A stretch of DNA of 64,000 nucleotides from positions 84,620 to 148,619 of the forward strand of contig CACGAV010000001.1 of assembly GCA_902571095.1 (NCBI GenBank), in the 5' to 3' direction. A model generated the notes under the pieces. The model was not told the DNA's origin. It did no database searches and saw nothing but the letters and a program-made list of their open reading frames with translations. The position numbers and the translations under genes are program-made. Below are positions 9,791 through 18,708 of this stretch, in pieces (within the stretch, counting starts at the first letter, position 1; every line of letters starts with the position of its first letter). The DNA is from an uncultured Pelagibacteraceae bacterium. Its GTDB lineage: Bacteria > Pseudomonadota > Alphaproteobacteria > Pelagibacterales > Pelagibacteraceae.

Positions 9791-10915
9791 ATGAAATTCA
9801 CTGATGTAAATCCTTTCAATAAGAAAATTCAAAAAAGAATAAATAAATCAATACTTGATACAGTCAAAAAAAAGGATTTTATTTTAGGAAATAATGTTAA
9901 TAAATTTGAAAAGAAATTTTCAACATTATCAAAATCTAAGTATGCAGTAGGATGCGCAACAGGAACAGATGCATTAATACTTGCGCTCAAATCATTAAAT
10001 TTAAAATCAAATCACGAAGTTATTATCCCCGGAATGTCATATATATCAACCGGATTAAGTGTTGCTTTGAATAATAATAAAATTATATTTGCAGATATTG
10101 ATAGCAATACCGGCTTGATATCTTTAAATAGTGTTAAAAAAAAAATATCAAAAAATACTAAAGTAGTTATACCTGTTAACTTGTATGGTCAGAAAGTTGA
10201 CATAAAGAAACTTCGTAAAATCGTAGGACGTAGTAGATATATCATTGAAGACAGTGCGCAATCCCATTTTGCTTTTAGTTGTTTTGATTGTAAAAAATCT
10301 TCATTTATAAAATGTTGTAAAAAAGAAACTAATCATAAGTTTGCCGATATTTCTTGTTATAGTTTTTATCCTTCAAAAAACTTAGGCGCTTACGGAGACG
10401 GAGGCATTTTAACCACTGACAATAAGAAATTATTTAATAAAATTTATTTTCTTAGGAATCTAGGTGCAATTAAAAAAAATATTCACCAATATGAGGGCTT
10501 GAATAGTCGACTCGATACTTTGCAAGCAACTATTTTGCTTGAAAAGGTTAAATTTACTCATTCACATAATGATTATAGAAGAATGATTTCATCTTTTTAT
10601 GATCAGCAATTATCAACTATAAAAGAGGTAAAATTAACCTCATCAAAACCAGGATCTTCGAGACATTTATATGTTATTAGAATTAAAAAAAGAAAAAAAT
10701 TGGCAAATTTTTTGTTAAAAAATAAAGTTCCTGTTCAGTATCATTACCCTTACAGTTTAAATAAAGCACCAGCATTAAAGAATAAAATTAAAAAGATAAA
10801 TTTGAAAAATTCTGAAAATTGGGCCAAACAATGCCTAAGTCTGCCTTTATATCCTTATATGCCTCTAAATGACGCTAAGCGGGTAGTTAATTTAATAAGA
10901 AAGTTTTATAATTAA
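9791..10915 (+). CDS. DegT/DnrJ/EryC1/StrS-family PLP-dependent sugar aminotransferase, WbpE/WlbC-like
   Basis: Family motifs GCATGTDAL, EDSAQSH, and SFYPSKNLGAYGDGG (PLP lysine in SK). Contains an extra Cys-rich insert. Confidence 0.85.
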   Translation: MKFTDVNPFNKKIQKRINKSILDTVKKKDFILGNNVNKFEKKFSTLSKSKYAVGCATGTDALILALKSLNLKSNHEVIIPGMSYISTGLSVALNNNKIIFADIDSNTGLISLNSVKKKISKNTKVVIPVNLYGQKVDIKKLRKIVGRSRYIIEDSAQSHFAFSCFDCKKSSFIKCCKKETNHKFADISCYSFYPSKNLGAYGDGGILTTDNKKLFNKIYFLRNLGAIKKNIHQYEGLNSRLDTLQATILLEKVKFTHSHNDYRRMISSFYDQQLSTIKEVKLTSSKPGSSRHLYVIRIKKRKKLANFLLKNKVPVQYHYPYSLNKAPALKNKIKKINLKNSENWAKQCLSLPLYPYMPLNDAKRVVNLIRKFYN

Positions 10916-10970
10916 ATTAATTATTTATTGCAACTATCATAGCGTATATATAAGTATAAATTATTGATTT

Positions 10971-11047
<77 letters not shown>

Positions 11048-11050
11048 TTT

Positions 11051-13273
11051 ATGAAAATAAAAAAAGTAGTAATTATTGGATCAGGAACAATGGGCAGTGG
11101 TATCGCTGCTCATTTATGTAATGCAAATATACCTGTTGTACTTTTGGATTTAAAAACAGAAATTGCTGAAAAAGCAAAAGAGAGAATTTTAAAATCTCGT
11201 CCACCGTTGCTTTTCGAAAGTTCAAAAATTCAAAATTTAAAAACAGGAAATATTACAGATAATTTTGATAATGTTGCTGATGCTGATTGGATAATAGAAG
11301 CTGTTGTAGAAAGAATTAATATCAAACATGAAATTTACAAAAAAATTTTAAAAGCAAGAAAAAAAGATTCTGTCATTTCTTCAAACACCTCAACAATTCC
11401 ACTTAAAATACTTTCTCAAAAAATGGATAATGCTGATAAAAAAGATTTCTGTATAACACACTTTTTTAATCCAGTTAGATATATGGGTCTATTAGAAATT
11501 GTTAGGGAAAATTCAAACGATCAAAATAAAATTAATTTACTAAAAGACTTCTGTGAAAAAAAACTTGGCAAAGGTGTAATAATTTGTGGTGACACCCCCG
11601 GTTTTCTTGGAAATAGAATAGGGGTATACGCAATGCAAATAGCAATGACGGAGGCAATTAAAATGAATTTAACAATTGAGGAAGCAGACGCAGTGTTTGG
11701 TAGACCCATGGGTATACCTAAAACAGGCGTTTTTGCTTTATATGATTTGATCGGAATCGATTTAATGTCAGATGTTTTAAAAAGTTTTAAAAAAGAACTC
11801 CCTGAGAAAGATGAATTTCAAAAGCTAACTGATGGTATACCAATAATTAATAAATTAATTGATACTGGTTATACTGGCAGAAAAGGCAAGGGTGGCTTTT
11901 ATAGAATGAATAAAGTTAATAATCAAAAAGTTTTGGAAGCTCTCGATATAAAAAGCAATACTTATTCAACAGCGAGAAAAGTTGATCTTAAAATTGATAA
12001 AATAAACTTATTGGACTTAATTAACAGGGATGACAAGTATGGAAATTATGCATGGCAAGTAATTTCAAAAATAATTATTTATTCTTCTTCATTAGTTCCT
12101 CAAATTACAAAAGAATATAACGATATCGACGAAGCATTAAGACTTGGTTTCAATTGGGCAATGGGTCCTTTTGAAATGCTAGAGGAAATTGGATTAGATA
12201 ACTTTTTTAAAAAAACCGGTAATATAAAAAATAATCCATTTTTAGAAAATTTGAAAAATAAAAATATAAAAAAGTTTTATGATCAAAGGCAAAAATATAC
12301 AGATATTGAAACTCTGGGAAAAGTAAAAAAAGCTGTAACAAAAATTGATATAAACGACTCCGCTGAAATCTACAGATTTAGTGATTTTAATATTGTAGAA
12401 TTTAATACTAAAGCAAATGCATTAGATTATAATTCTATGGATGCTCTAATGAAAGCTACTGACAAACCATTAATTATTATAAATGAGAGTATGCAGTTTT
12501 CCGCTGGTGTTAATTTAAATTATGTAATGGAGTTTGTTAAAAAGAGAGATTTTAAGTCTGTTGAAAAATTTATAAAATATTTTCAAAAAACCTGCGAACA
12601 TTTAAAATATAGTGACAAATTAGTAATTTCTGCACCTTCTGGTTTATCACTCGGTGGTGGTGAAGAAGTATTGCTGCAAAGTAATTATGTTGTATCACAT
12701 ACTAATATAGTGATGGGATTAGTTGAAACTATAGTTGGTTTGGTACCAGCAGGTGGTGGATGTAAAGAACTTTTATGGAGATGGACACAAACAGATGAAG
12801 CCAAAAATGATCCTGATTTTGCACCTTTAAAGGTTTTTGATATAATAGGATATGCAAAAACAGCCACATCTCCTCTTGAGGCAAAACCTCTTTTATTTTT
12901 AGATGATAATCACGAAGTTATAATTAACAGGAACAATCTATTGCCTATGGCACGAGCTTATATTGAACAAAACAAAAATTTTAAACCCCCCGTTAAATGT
13001 AAATTTAAATTATCAGGCGACCAAGTAAGGAAAAAAATGCAAAAAGTACTTGATGAATTATATAATAGCAAAAAAATACTTGATCATGGTATGATAGTAG
13101 GTAAAGAATTAGCCAATGTTTTGAGTGGAGGAGACACTAATTTAAGTAAGGAAATAAGTGAAGAACAGATGTATAAATTAGAACTTGAGAGTTTTATGAA
13201 ACTTTTAGAAACAGATAAAACGCAAAATAGAATTGTACATACTTTAAAAACAAGTAAACCATTAATAAATTAA
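11051..13273 (+). CDS. Fused 3-hydroxyacyl-CoA dehydrogenase (N-terminal) / enoyl-CoA hydratase (C-terminal), FadB-like with reversed domain order
   Basis: N-terminal [17 protein letters not shown]-binding fold. C-terminal crotonase motifs FSAGVNL, GGGEE and [15 protein letters not shown], so both catalytic Glu positions are present. Confidence 0.85.
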   Translation: MKIKKVVIIGSGTMGSGIAAHLCNANIPVVLLDLKTEIAEKAKERILKSRPPLLFESSKIQNLKTGNITDNFDNVADADWIIEAVVERINIKHEIYKKILKARKKDSVISSNTSTIPLKILSQKMDNADKKDFCITHFFNPVRYMGLLEIVRENSNDQNKINLLKDFCEKKLGKGVIICGDTPGFLGNRIGVYAMQIAMTEAIKMNLTIEEADAVFGRPMGIPKTGVFALYDLIGIDLMSDVLKSFKKELPEKDEFQKLTDGIPIINKLIDTGYTGRKGKGGFYRMNKVNNQKVLEALDIKSNTYSTARKVDLKIDKINLLDLINRDDKYGNYAWQVISKIIIYSSSLVPQITKEYNDIDEALRLGFNWAMGPFEMLEEIGLDNFFKKTGNIKNNPFLENLKNKNIKKFYDQRQKYTDIETLGKVKKAVTKIDINDSAEIYRFSDFNIVEFNTKANALDYNSMDALMKATDKPLIIINESMQFSAGVNLNYVMEFVKKRDFKSVEKFIKYFQKTCEHLKYSDKLVISAPSGLSLGGGEEVLLQSNYVVSHTNIVMGLVETIVGLVPAGGGCKELLWRWTQTDEAKNDPDFAPLKVFDIIGYAKTATSPLEAKPLLFLDDNHEVIINRNNLLPMARAYIEQNKNFKPPVKCKFKLSGDQVRKKMQKVLDELYNSKKILDHGMIVGKELANVLSGGDTNLSKEISEEQMYKLELESFMKLLETDKTQNRIVHTLKTSKPLIN

Positions 13274-15034
13274 ATGACAACTTATAACGCACCAGTAGAC
13301 GAAATGATGTTTTTATTTAACAATCTTAAAGACAATAAAAACTATAATGAAATTGATAAATACAAAGAAATTAATTCTGATTTAGTAAAAGATATATTAG
13401 AACAGGCGGCAAAAATTAATCAGCAAATTATTTTACCGCTTGCTAAAATAGGTGATGAAAAGCCATGCGTTTATGAAAATGGTATTGTTAGATCACCACC
13501 AGGTTATAAAGAGGCATATAAAAAATTCATTGAAGACGGCTGGACCTCTTTATCTTGCGACCCCAAATATGGCGGTCAAGGTATGCCAAAAACAGTAAGT
13601 ACTTTTTTTGAGGAAATGCTTTCATCAGCTAGTTTATCTTTTAAGTTATATAGTGAATTGAGTATAGGTGCGTATAACTGCATTCTTCATCATGCAGATC
13701 AGAAAATAAAAGATAAGTATTTACCAAAAATGGTTGAGGGTAAGTGGAGTGGGACGATGTGTTTAACGGAATCTCACTGTGGCACTGATCTAGGTTTATT
13801 AAAAACTAAGGCTGTTAAACAAAAAGATAACTCATATAAGATTTCAGGTCAAAAAATATTTATTACTTCAGGAGACCATGATTTAACAGAAAACATTATC
13901 CATCTTGTCTTAGCTAGAATACCTGGCTCACCACCGGGAACAAAAGGAATTAGCTTATTTTTAGTTCCTAAATTTGTTGTTAATGATAACGGTTCAGTCG
14001 GACCTCGAAATGGTGTTAACACAGCGTCTATAGAAACTAAAATGGGAATTAAAGGATCTCCAACTTGTGTTTTGAATTTTGATGAAGCAACAGGCTTTAT
14101 GATTGGACCAGAAAATAAAGGACTTAGTTCCATGTTCACAATGATGAATTTAGAGAGAATAGTTGTAGGTATTCAAGGTCTTGGTATTTCTGAAACAGCT
14201 TATCAAAACGCGTTAGCTTATGCAAAAGAGAGGAAACAAGGCAAGGCAAATAATAGCAAGAACGGAGAGGCAGATATAATTATTAAGCATGCAGATATTA
14301 GAAGAAGCTTAATGAACATGAAATCTTTAATTGAAGGCCAGAGATCTTTAGCCTTTTGGGTTTCTCAGCAAATAGATGTTAGTTTAAACCATCCAGATAA
14401 AAAAATAAAAACTAATGCTGACGAAATAGTTGCTTTAATGACTCCTATAATTAAATCCTTTTTTACTGATATTGGAATGGAAATAACAAATGATGCAATC
14501 CAAGTCTTTGGAGGTTATGGTTACACTAAGGATCAAGGAATCGAACAATTATTTAGAGATAATAGAATAACACCTATTTATGAAGGCACAAATTCTGTTC
14601 AAGCTATTGATCTTGTTTATAGAAAAATTTTAAATAACAAAATTTTTGAAAAGTATATTGCTCAACTTTCAAATGAAGTAAAAGATTTTGCAAAGGAGAA
14701 TAAACTTTCTTTATTTGCTGATAAATTTTTTAAGTATTTAGAATTATTAAATAATTTTACACTATGGCTTGGTGAGAAAAACAAATCATCAAAAGACGAT
14801 GTAAGCGCAGCCTGTAATGATTATCTAAAGGTTCTTGGATATATAGCTCTCGCTCACTCTTGGTTAAAAATATTGAAGGTAAGCCATTCAAAACTCAATG
14901 AAAATAAAACTTTTTATGAAGATAAAATAAATACTGCGAAATATTACTTTGATAAAATCCTTCCAAGAGTTCAGAGCCATTATTTATCAGCTATTACAGG
15001 CAGTGACACTATGATGAAATCTAATTTTAATTGA
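13274..15034 (+). CDS. dmdC: Long acyl-CoA dehydrogenase, DmdC-type (3-methylmercaptopropionyl-CoA dehydrogenase candidate)
   Basis: 586 aa ACAD with C-terminal extension (CLTESHCGTDL, GGYGYTKD..IEQLFRD). Located next to a CoA ligase and dmdA, as reported for SAR11 dmd clusters. Confidence 0.75.
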   Translation: MTTYNAPVDEMMFLFNNLKDNKNYNEIDKYKEINSDLVKDILEQAAKINQQIILPLAKIGDEKPCVYENGIVRSPPGYKEAYKKFIEDGWTSLSCDPKYGGQGMPKTVSTFFEEMLSSASLSFKLYSELSIGAYNCILHHADQKIKDKYLPKMVEGKWSGTMCLTESHCGTDLGLLKTKAVKQKDNSYKISGQKIFITSGDHDLTENIIHLVLARIPGSPPGTKGISLFLVPKFVVNDNGSVGPRNGVNTASIETKMGIKGSPTCVLNFDEATGFMIGPENKGLSSMFTMMNLERIVVGIQGLGISETAYQNALAYAKERKQGKANNSKNGEADIIIKHADIRRSLMNMKSLIEGQRSLAFWVSQQIDVSLNHPDKKIKTNADEIVALMTPIIKSFFTDIGMEITNDAIQVFGGYGYTKDQGIEQLFRDNRITPIYEGTNSVQAIDLVYRKILNNKIFEKYIAQLSNEVKDFAKENKLSLFADKFFKYLELLNNFTLWLGEKNKSSKDDVSAACNDYLKVLGYIALAHSWLKILKVSHSKLNENKTFYEDKINTAKYYFDKILPRVQSHYLSAITGSDTMMKSNFN

Positions 15035-15036
15035 TA

Positions 15037-16665
15037 ATGAGTCATTACGAAACAAATCTAAATAAAAATAAAGCGAATTTTGTACCACTAACACCGCTAT
15101 CATTCTTACAAAGAGCTAAAGACATATACCCAACATATGAAGCGCTAATTTACGAGGATAGAAAATACACATGGACTCAGGTTTATAATAGGTGCGTAAA
15201 GTTTGCGAGTGCTTTAGAAAAAATTGGAATTAAAAAAGGTGATACAGTTTCTTTCTTATCTTTCAATACTCCTGAAATTTTTGAGGCTCATTACTCTGTT
15301 CCTATGACTGGCGCTGTTTTAAATACTATAAATATTCGATTAGATGCAAAGACTATTGCTTATATTTTAAATCACAGCGATGCTAAAGTTTTAGTTGTAG
15401 ATAGACAGCTCCACAAAGAAGTTAAAAAAGCATTAAAATCTATTGAAAACAAAATTACTATAATTGATATTGTCGATAAGTATGCTGATAAATCAAAAAC
15501 AGAAAAAATTGGTGACTTAGAGTACGAAACATTTTTAAAAACAGGTGATGATACTTATGAATGGAAGATGCCAGATGATGAGTGGCAAGCAATATCGTTA
15601 AGTTACACTTCCGGTACAACCGGAAATCCAAAAGGAGTGGTTTATCACCATAGAGGATCATATTTAATGTCAACAGGTAGTGCAGCTGCTTGGAATATGC
15701 CAAATAGATTAAATTTTTTAACTGTCGTTCCCATGTTTCATTGTAATGGCTGGGGTTATCCTTGGACAGTACCTATGTTAAATGGTCGTACAATTTGTTT
15801 GCGTAATATTGATATAAAAAAAATTTTTGAATTAATAGATAAATATAATATTACTCATTTTGGTGGCGCTCCAATTGTTTTAAATATGATAACTGGAGCT
15901 TCTGAAAGCGAAAGAAAAAAATTAAAGCATAAAGTTTCTGTATTAACAGCGGGTGCTCCTCCACCAAGTATAATTTTTAAGAAAATGGAAGCTCTTGGAT
16001 TTGATGTAATGCATGTATATGGATTAACAGAAACATATGGTCACGTAACACAGTGTGCCTGGAATGATAATTGGAATAATCTTGATGAAGAGAAAAAAAA
16101 TGAGATAAAAGCACGACAAGGTGTAAGATATCCAAATACCGAGGGCGTAACAATTATGGATCCAATAACTATGAAAGAAGTTCCAAGAGATGGGAAGACT
16201 ATTGGTGAAATAATGATAAGAGCAAATGTTGTAATGAAAGGTTATTTTAAAGATAAGAATTCAACGGATAAAGCAATGAGAGGTGGCTGGTTTCATACTG
16301 GTGATTTAGCAGTCATGCATGAAGATGGTTATGTAAAAATTCAAGATAGATCAAAAGACATTATTATTTCAGGGGGTGAAAATATATCTTCTATTGAGAT
16401 AGAAAATACCTTGTCAAAACACCCGTCGGTATCTATTGCAGCTGTGGTAGCTAAACCAGACGAAAAATGGGGTGAAGTTCCATGTGCTTTTATAGAGACT
16501 GTTAAAGATAAAAAGGTTACCGAAAAAGAGTTAATTTCCTTTTGTAAAGAAACACTAGCAGGATTTAAAGTTCCAAAAAAAGTTGAATTCTGTGAATTGC
16601 CAAAAACATCGACAGGCAAAATTCAAAAGTTTGAACTGAGAAAAAAAGCAAAAGATTTAAATTAA
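15037..16665 (+). CDS. dmdB: AMP-dependent acyl-CoA ligase, DmdB-type (MMPA-CoA ligase candidate)
   Basis: AMP-binding signature LSYTSGTTGNPKGV, plus YGLTE and GDLAV..DGY..I.DRSKD. The ATG at 15037 is preferred over the TTG at 15031. Confidence 0.8.
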   Translation: MSHYETNLNKNKANFVPLTPLSFLQRAKDIYPTYEALIYEDRKYTWTQVYNRCVKFASALEKIGIKKGDTVSFLSFNTPEIFEAHYSVPMTGAVLNTINIRLDAKTIAYILNHSDAKVLVVDRQLHKEVKKALKSIENKITIIDIVDKYADKSKTEKIGDLEYETFLKTGDDTYEWKMPDDEWQAISLSYTSGTTGNPKGVVYHHRGSYLMSTGSAAAWNMPNRLNFLTVVPMFHCNGWGYPWTVPMLNGRTICLRNIDIKKIFELIDKYNITHFGGAPIVLNMITGASESERKKLKHKVSVLTAGAPPPSIIFKKMEALGFDVMHVYGLTETYGHVTQCAWNDNWNNLDEEKKNEIKARQGVRYPNTEGVTIMDPITMKEVPRDGKTIGEIMIRANVVMKGYFKDKNSTDKAMRGGWFHTGDLAVMHEDGYVKIQDRSKDIIISGGENISSIEIENTLSKHPSVSIAAVVAKPDEKWGEVPCAFIETVKDKKVTEKELISFCKETLAGFKVPKKVEFCELPKTSTGKIQKFELRKKAKDLN

Positions 16666-16672
16666 TCCTGAA

Positions 16673-17122
16673 ATGGCAAAAATATCAATTGATCTTATTT
16701 GGAAACTTGAAAATGGAGATATGTCTCCAGGCAAGTATTCAAATCAACATGAAATTACTTTTACACCCAACACAAAAATTATTGCAGATTCTGCCCCAGA
16801 TTGGAGAGGAAATGAATTAAATACTAATCCTGAGCAAACTTTAGCTGCATCTCTAAGTAGTTGTCATATGATGACTTTTTTAGCGTTAGCAGCTAAAATG
16901 AAATGGCCTGTAAAAACCTACAAAGATACAGCCGTAGCAAAATTGGGCAAAAATCTTAAAGGTCTAATGTCTGTAACCGAAATTGAACTTAATCCAAAAG
17001 TAGAGTTTTCTAAGGGTTTCTCTGTTGATAATTTAAAAATGAAAGAGGTACAAGATAGAGCTCATCGATATTGTTTTATATCAAATTCACTTTCTAAAGA
17101 AGTTAAGGTTAAAATAAATTAA
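16673..17122 (+). CDS. OsmC/Ohr-family protein (putative thiol peroxidase)
   Basis: 149 aa with the two family cysteines in their typical contexts (LSSCHMMTF and HRYCFISNS). Confidence 0.75.
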   Translation: MAKISIDLIWKLENGDMSPGKYSNQHEITFTPNTKIIADSAPDWRGNELNTNPEQTLAASLSSCHMMTFLALAAKMKWPVKTYKDTAVAKLGKNLKGLMSVTEIELNPKVEFSKGFSVDNLKMKEVQDRAHRYCFISNSLSKEVKVKIN

Positions 17123-17125
17123 TTT

Positions 17126-17935
17126 ATGAACGATTCTAAGAATAATCAACTTGTTAAAACTTCAATCCACTCTGATTGTATTCTTCGTGTTACTTTAAAC
17201 AACCCGTCACAACACAATGTTTTGTCAGAGGAGATGATGTTAGCTATTCAGTCTGTTTTGGACAAATCTATAAATGATAAATCTATAAGAGTAATTATTA
17301 TTTCAGCAGAGGGCAAAACATTTTCAGCAGGACATGATTTAAAACAATTAAAAAAAGGGCGTAATAATTCTGATAAGGGTAGGGAATATTTTAAGAAAGT
17401 GATGTTAAAATGTTCTAAATTAATGCAATCAATTATTAACAACCCAAAGCCTATAATTGCCGAAGTCGCTGGTACTGCTACGGCAGCTGGTTGTCAATTA
17501 GTTGCAAGTTGTGATTTAGCTTATGCGGGAATAACTTCTAGATTTGCAACACCTGGTGTAAATATTGGTTTATTTTGTTCAACGCCAATGGTGGCTTTAT
17601 CAAGAACGGTTTCGAACAAACATTCTATGGAAATGCTTTTGAACGGAGATCTAATTTCTTCAAAAAAAGCTGCTGAAATTGGTTTAATCAATGAAGTCGT
17701 AGACGACAATGAGCTTGGGAGAATTGTGCTAGAAAAAGCTTTAAAAATTTCCAAGAAGTCATCTATGACATTGAAAATTGGCAAACAGGCTTTTTATAAT
17801 CAAATAAACATGAACTTATCCGAAGCGTATGATTATGCGTCCAACGTTATGGTTGAGAATATGCTTAAAATTGATGCTGAAGAGGGTATAGATGCATTTA
17901 TAAATAAAAGAAATCCCAATTGGCAAGATAAATGA
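17126..17935 (+). CDS. Crotonase-superfamily protein, ECHDC3-like (canonical hydratase glutamates absent)
   Basis: Oxyanion-hole motif FSAGHDL. AAGCQLVASCD and ATPGVNIGLFCSTP match my memory of ECHDC3. Gln124 and Gly144 sit where crotonases have catalytic Glu. Confidence 0.8.
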   Translation: MNDSKNNQLVKTSIHSDCILRVTLNNPSQHNVLSEEMMLAIQSVLDKSINDKSIRVIIISAEGKTFSAGHDLKQLKKGRNNSDKGREYFKKVMLKCSKLMQSIINNPKPIIAEVAGTATAAGCQLVASCDLAYAGITSRFATPGVNIGLFCSTPMVALSRTVSNKHSMEMLLNGDLISSKKAAEIGLINEVVDDNELGRIVLEKALKISKKSSMTLKIGKQAFYNQINMNLSEAYDYASNVMVENMLKIDAEEGIDAFINKRNPNWQDK

Positions 17936-18708
17936 TTTTTGAAGTAGAAAATAAAAAAGTTTTCTCCTCCGACGTTGGTCAAAATTTTGATAAAAACAAA
18001 CACACTATCATATTGTTACATGGAAGCGGCCAGTCACATGTTGTTTGGTCTTTAACAGACCAATATCTCGCCGACGAAGGATATAATGTTTTTGCACTAG
18101 ATTTACCAGGTCATGGTAATTCTGAAGGTTCTTCACTTCAATCTATAGAGCAAATGGCTGAATGGTTAAATAAAGTTGTTAAGGTTATAGGCATAAAAGA
18201 TTTAACAATATTAGGTCATTCACAGGGTTGTTTGGTGGCTATAGAATATGTAAATAAATTTCCTAACAATATTAAAAATTTAATTTTTATTGCTGGTTCG
18301 TATCAAATACCAGTAAATAAAGCTTTAATAGATCTTGCAAATGCAGGAGATTTTGAGTCTATAAATCTTATGATGAAATGGGGATATGGATATTCCAAGC
18401 AATTTATTGGAGGCAACCCACTTCAGAAGATTTTAAATTCATCCAGAGAAATTCGTGAAGTTTTGGCTATAGACCTTATCGCTTGTAATAACTATAAAAA
18501 TGGAATCAATAGTATTAAAAAAATTAGATGTCCGACCTTTTTCGTTTTTGGTGAACTTGATAAAATGATAAAGCTAGATAAAGGCAAGGAATTTTCAGGG
18601 TTAATACCTGGGTCAAAAACACATATCATTAAAGATTGCGGTCACATGATAATACTTGAAAATGCATTCGAGATGAGAGAAAAAGTTGCTGATTTTTTAA
18701 AAAAATGA
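17932..18708 (+). CDS. Alpha/beta-fold hydrolase
   Basis: HGSGQS oxyanion region, nucleophile elbow GHSQGC, C-terminal DCGHM (His). 258 aa. Confidence 0.8.
   Translation: MIFEVENKKVFSSDVGQNFDKNKHTIILLHGSGQSHVVWSLTDQYLADEGYNVFALDLPGHGNSEGSSLQSIEQMAEWLNKVVKVIGIKDLTILGHSQGCLVAIEYVNKFPNNIKNLIFIAGSYQIPVNKALIDLANAGDFESINLMMKWGYGYSKQFIGGNPLQKILNSSREIREVLAIDLIACNNYKNGINSIKKIRCPTFFVFGELDKMIKLDKGKEFSGLIPGSKTHIIKDCGHMIILENAFEMREKVADFLKK

Noticed and set aside
10916-10970. A sigma-70 promoter upstream of tRNA-Pro (TTGCAA at 10928 with various -10 candidates).
   Set aside because: No -35/-10 pair with acceptable spacing and sequence could be found. In DNA this AT-rich, TATA-like hexamers are not informative.
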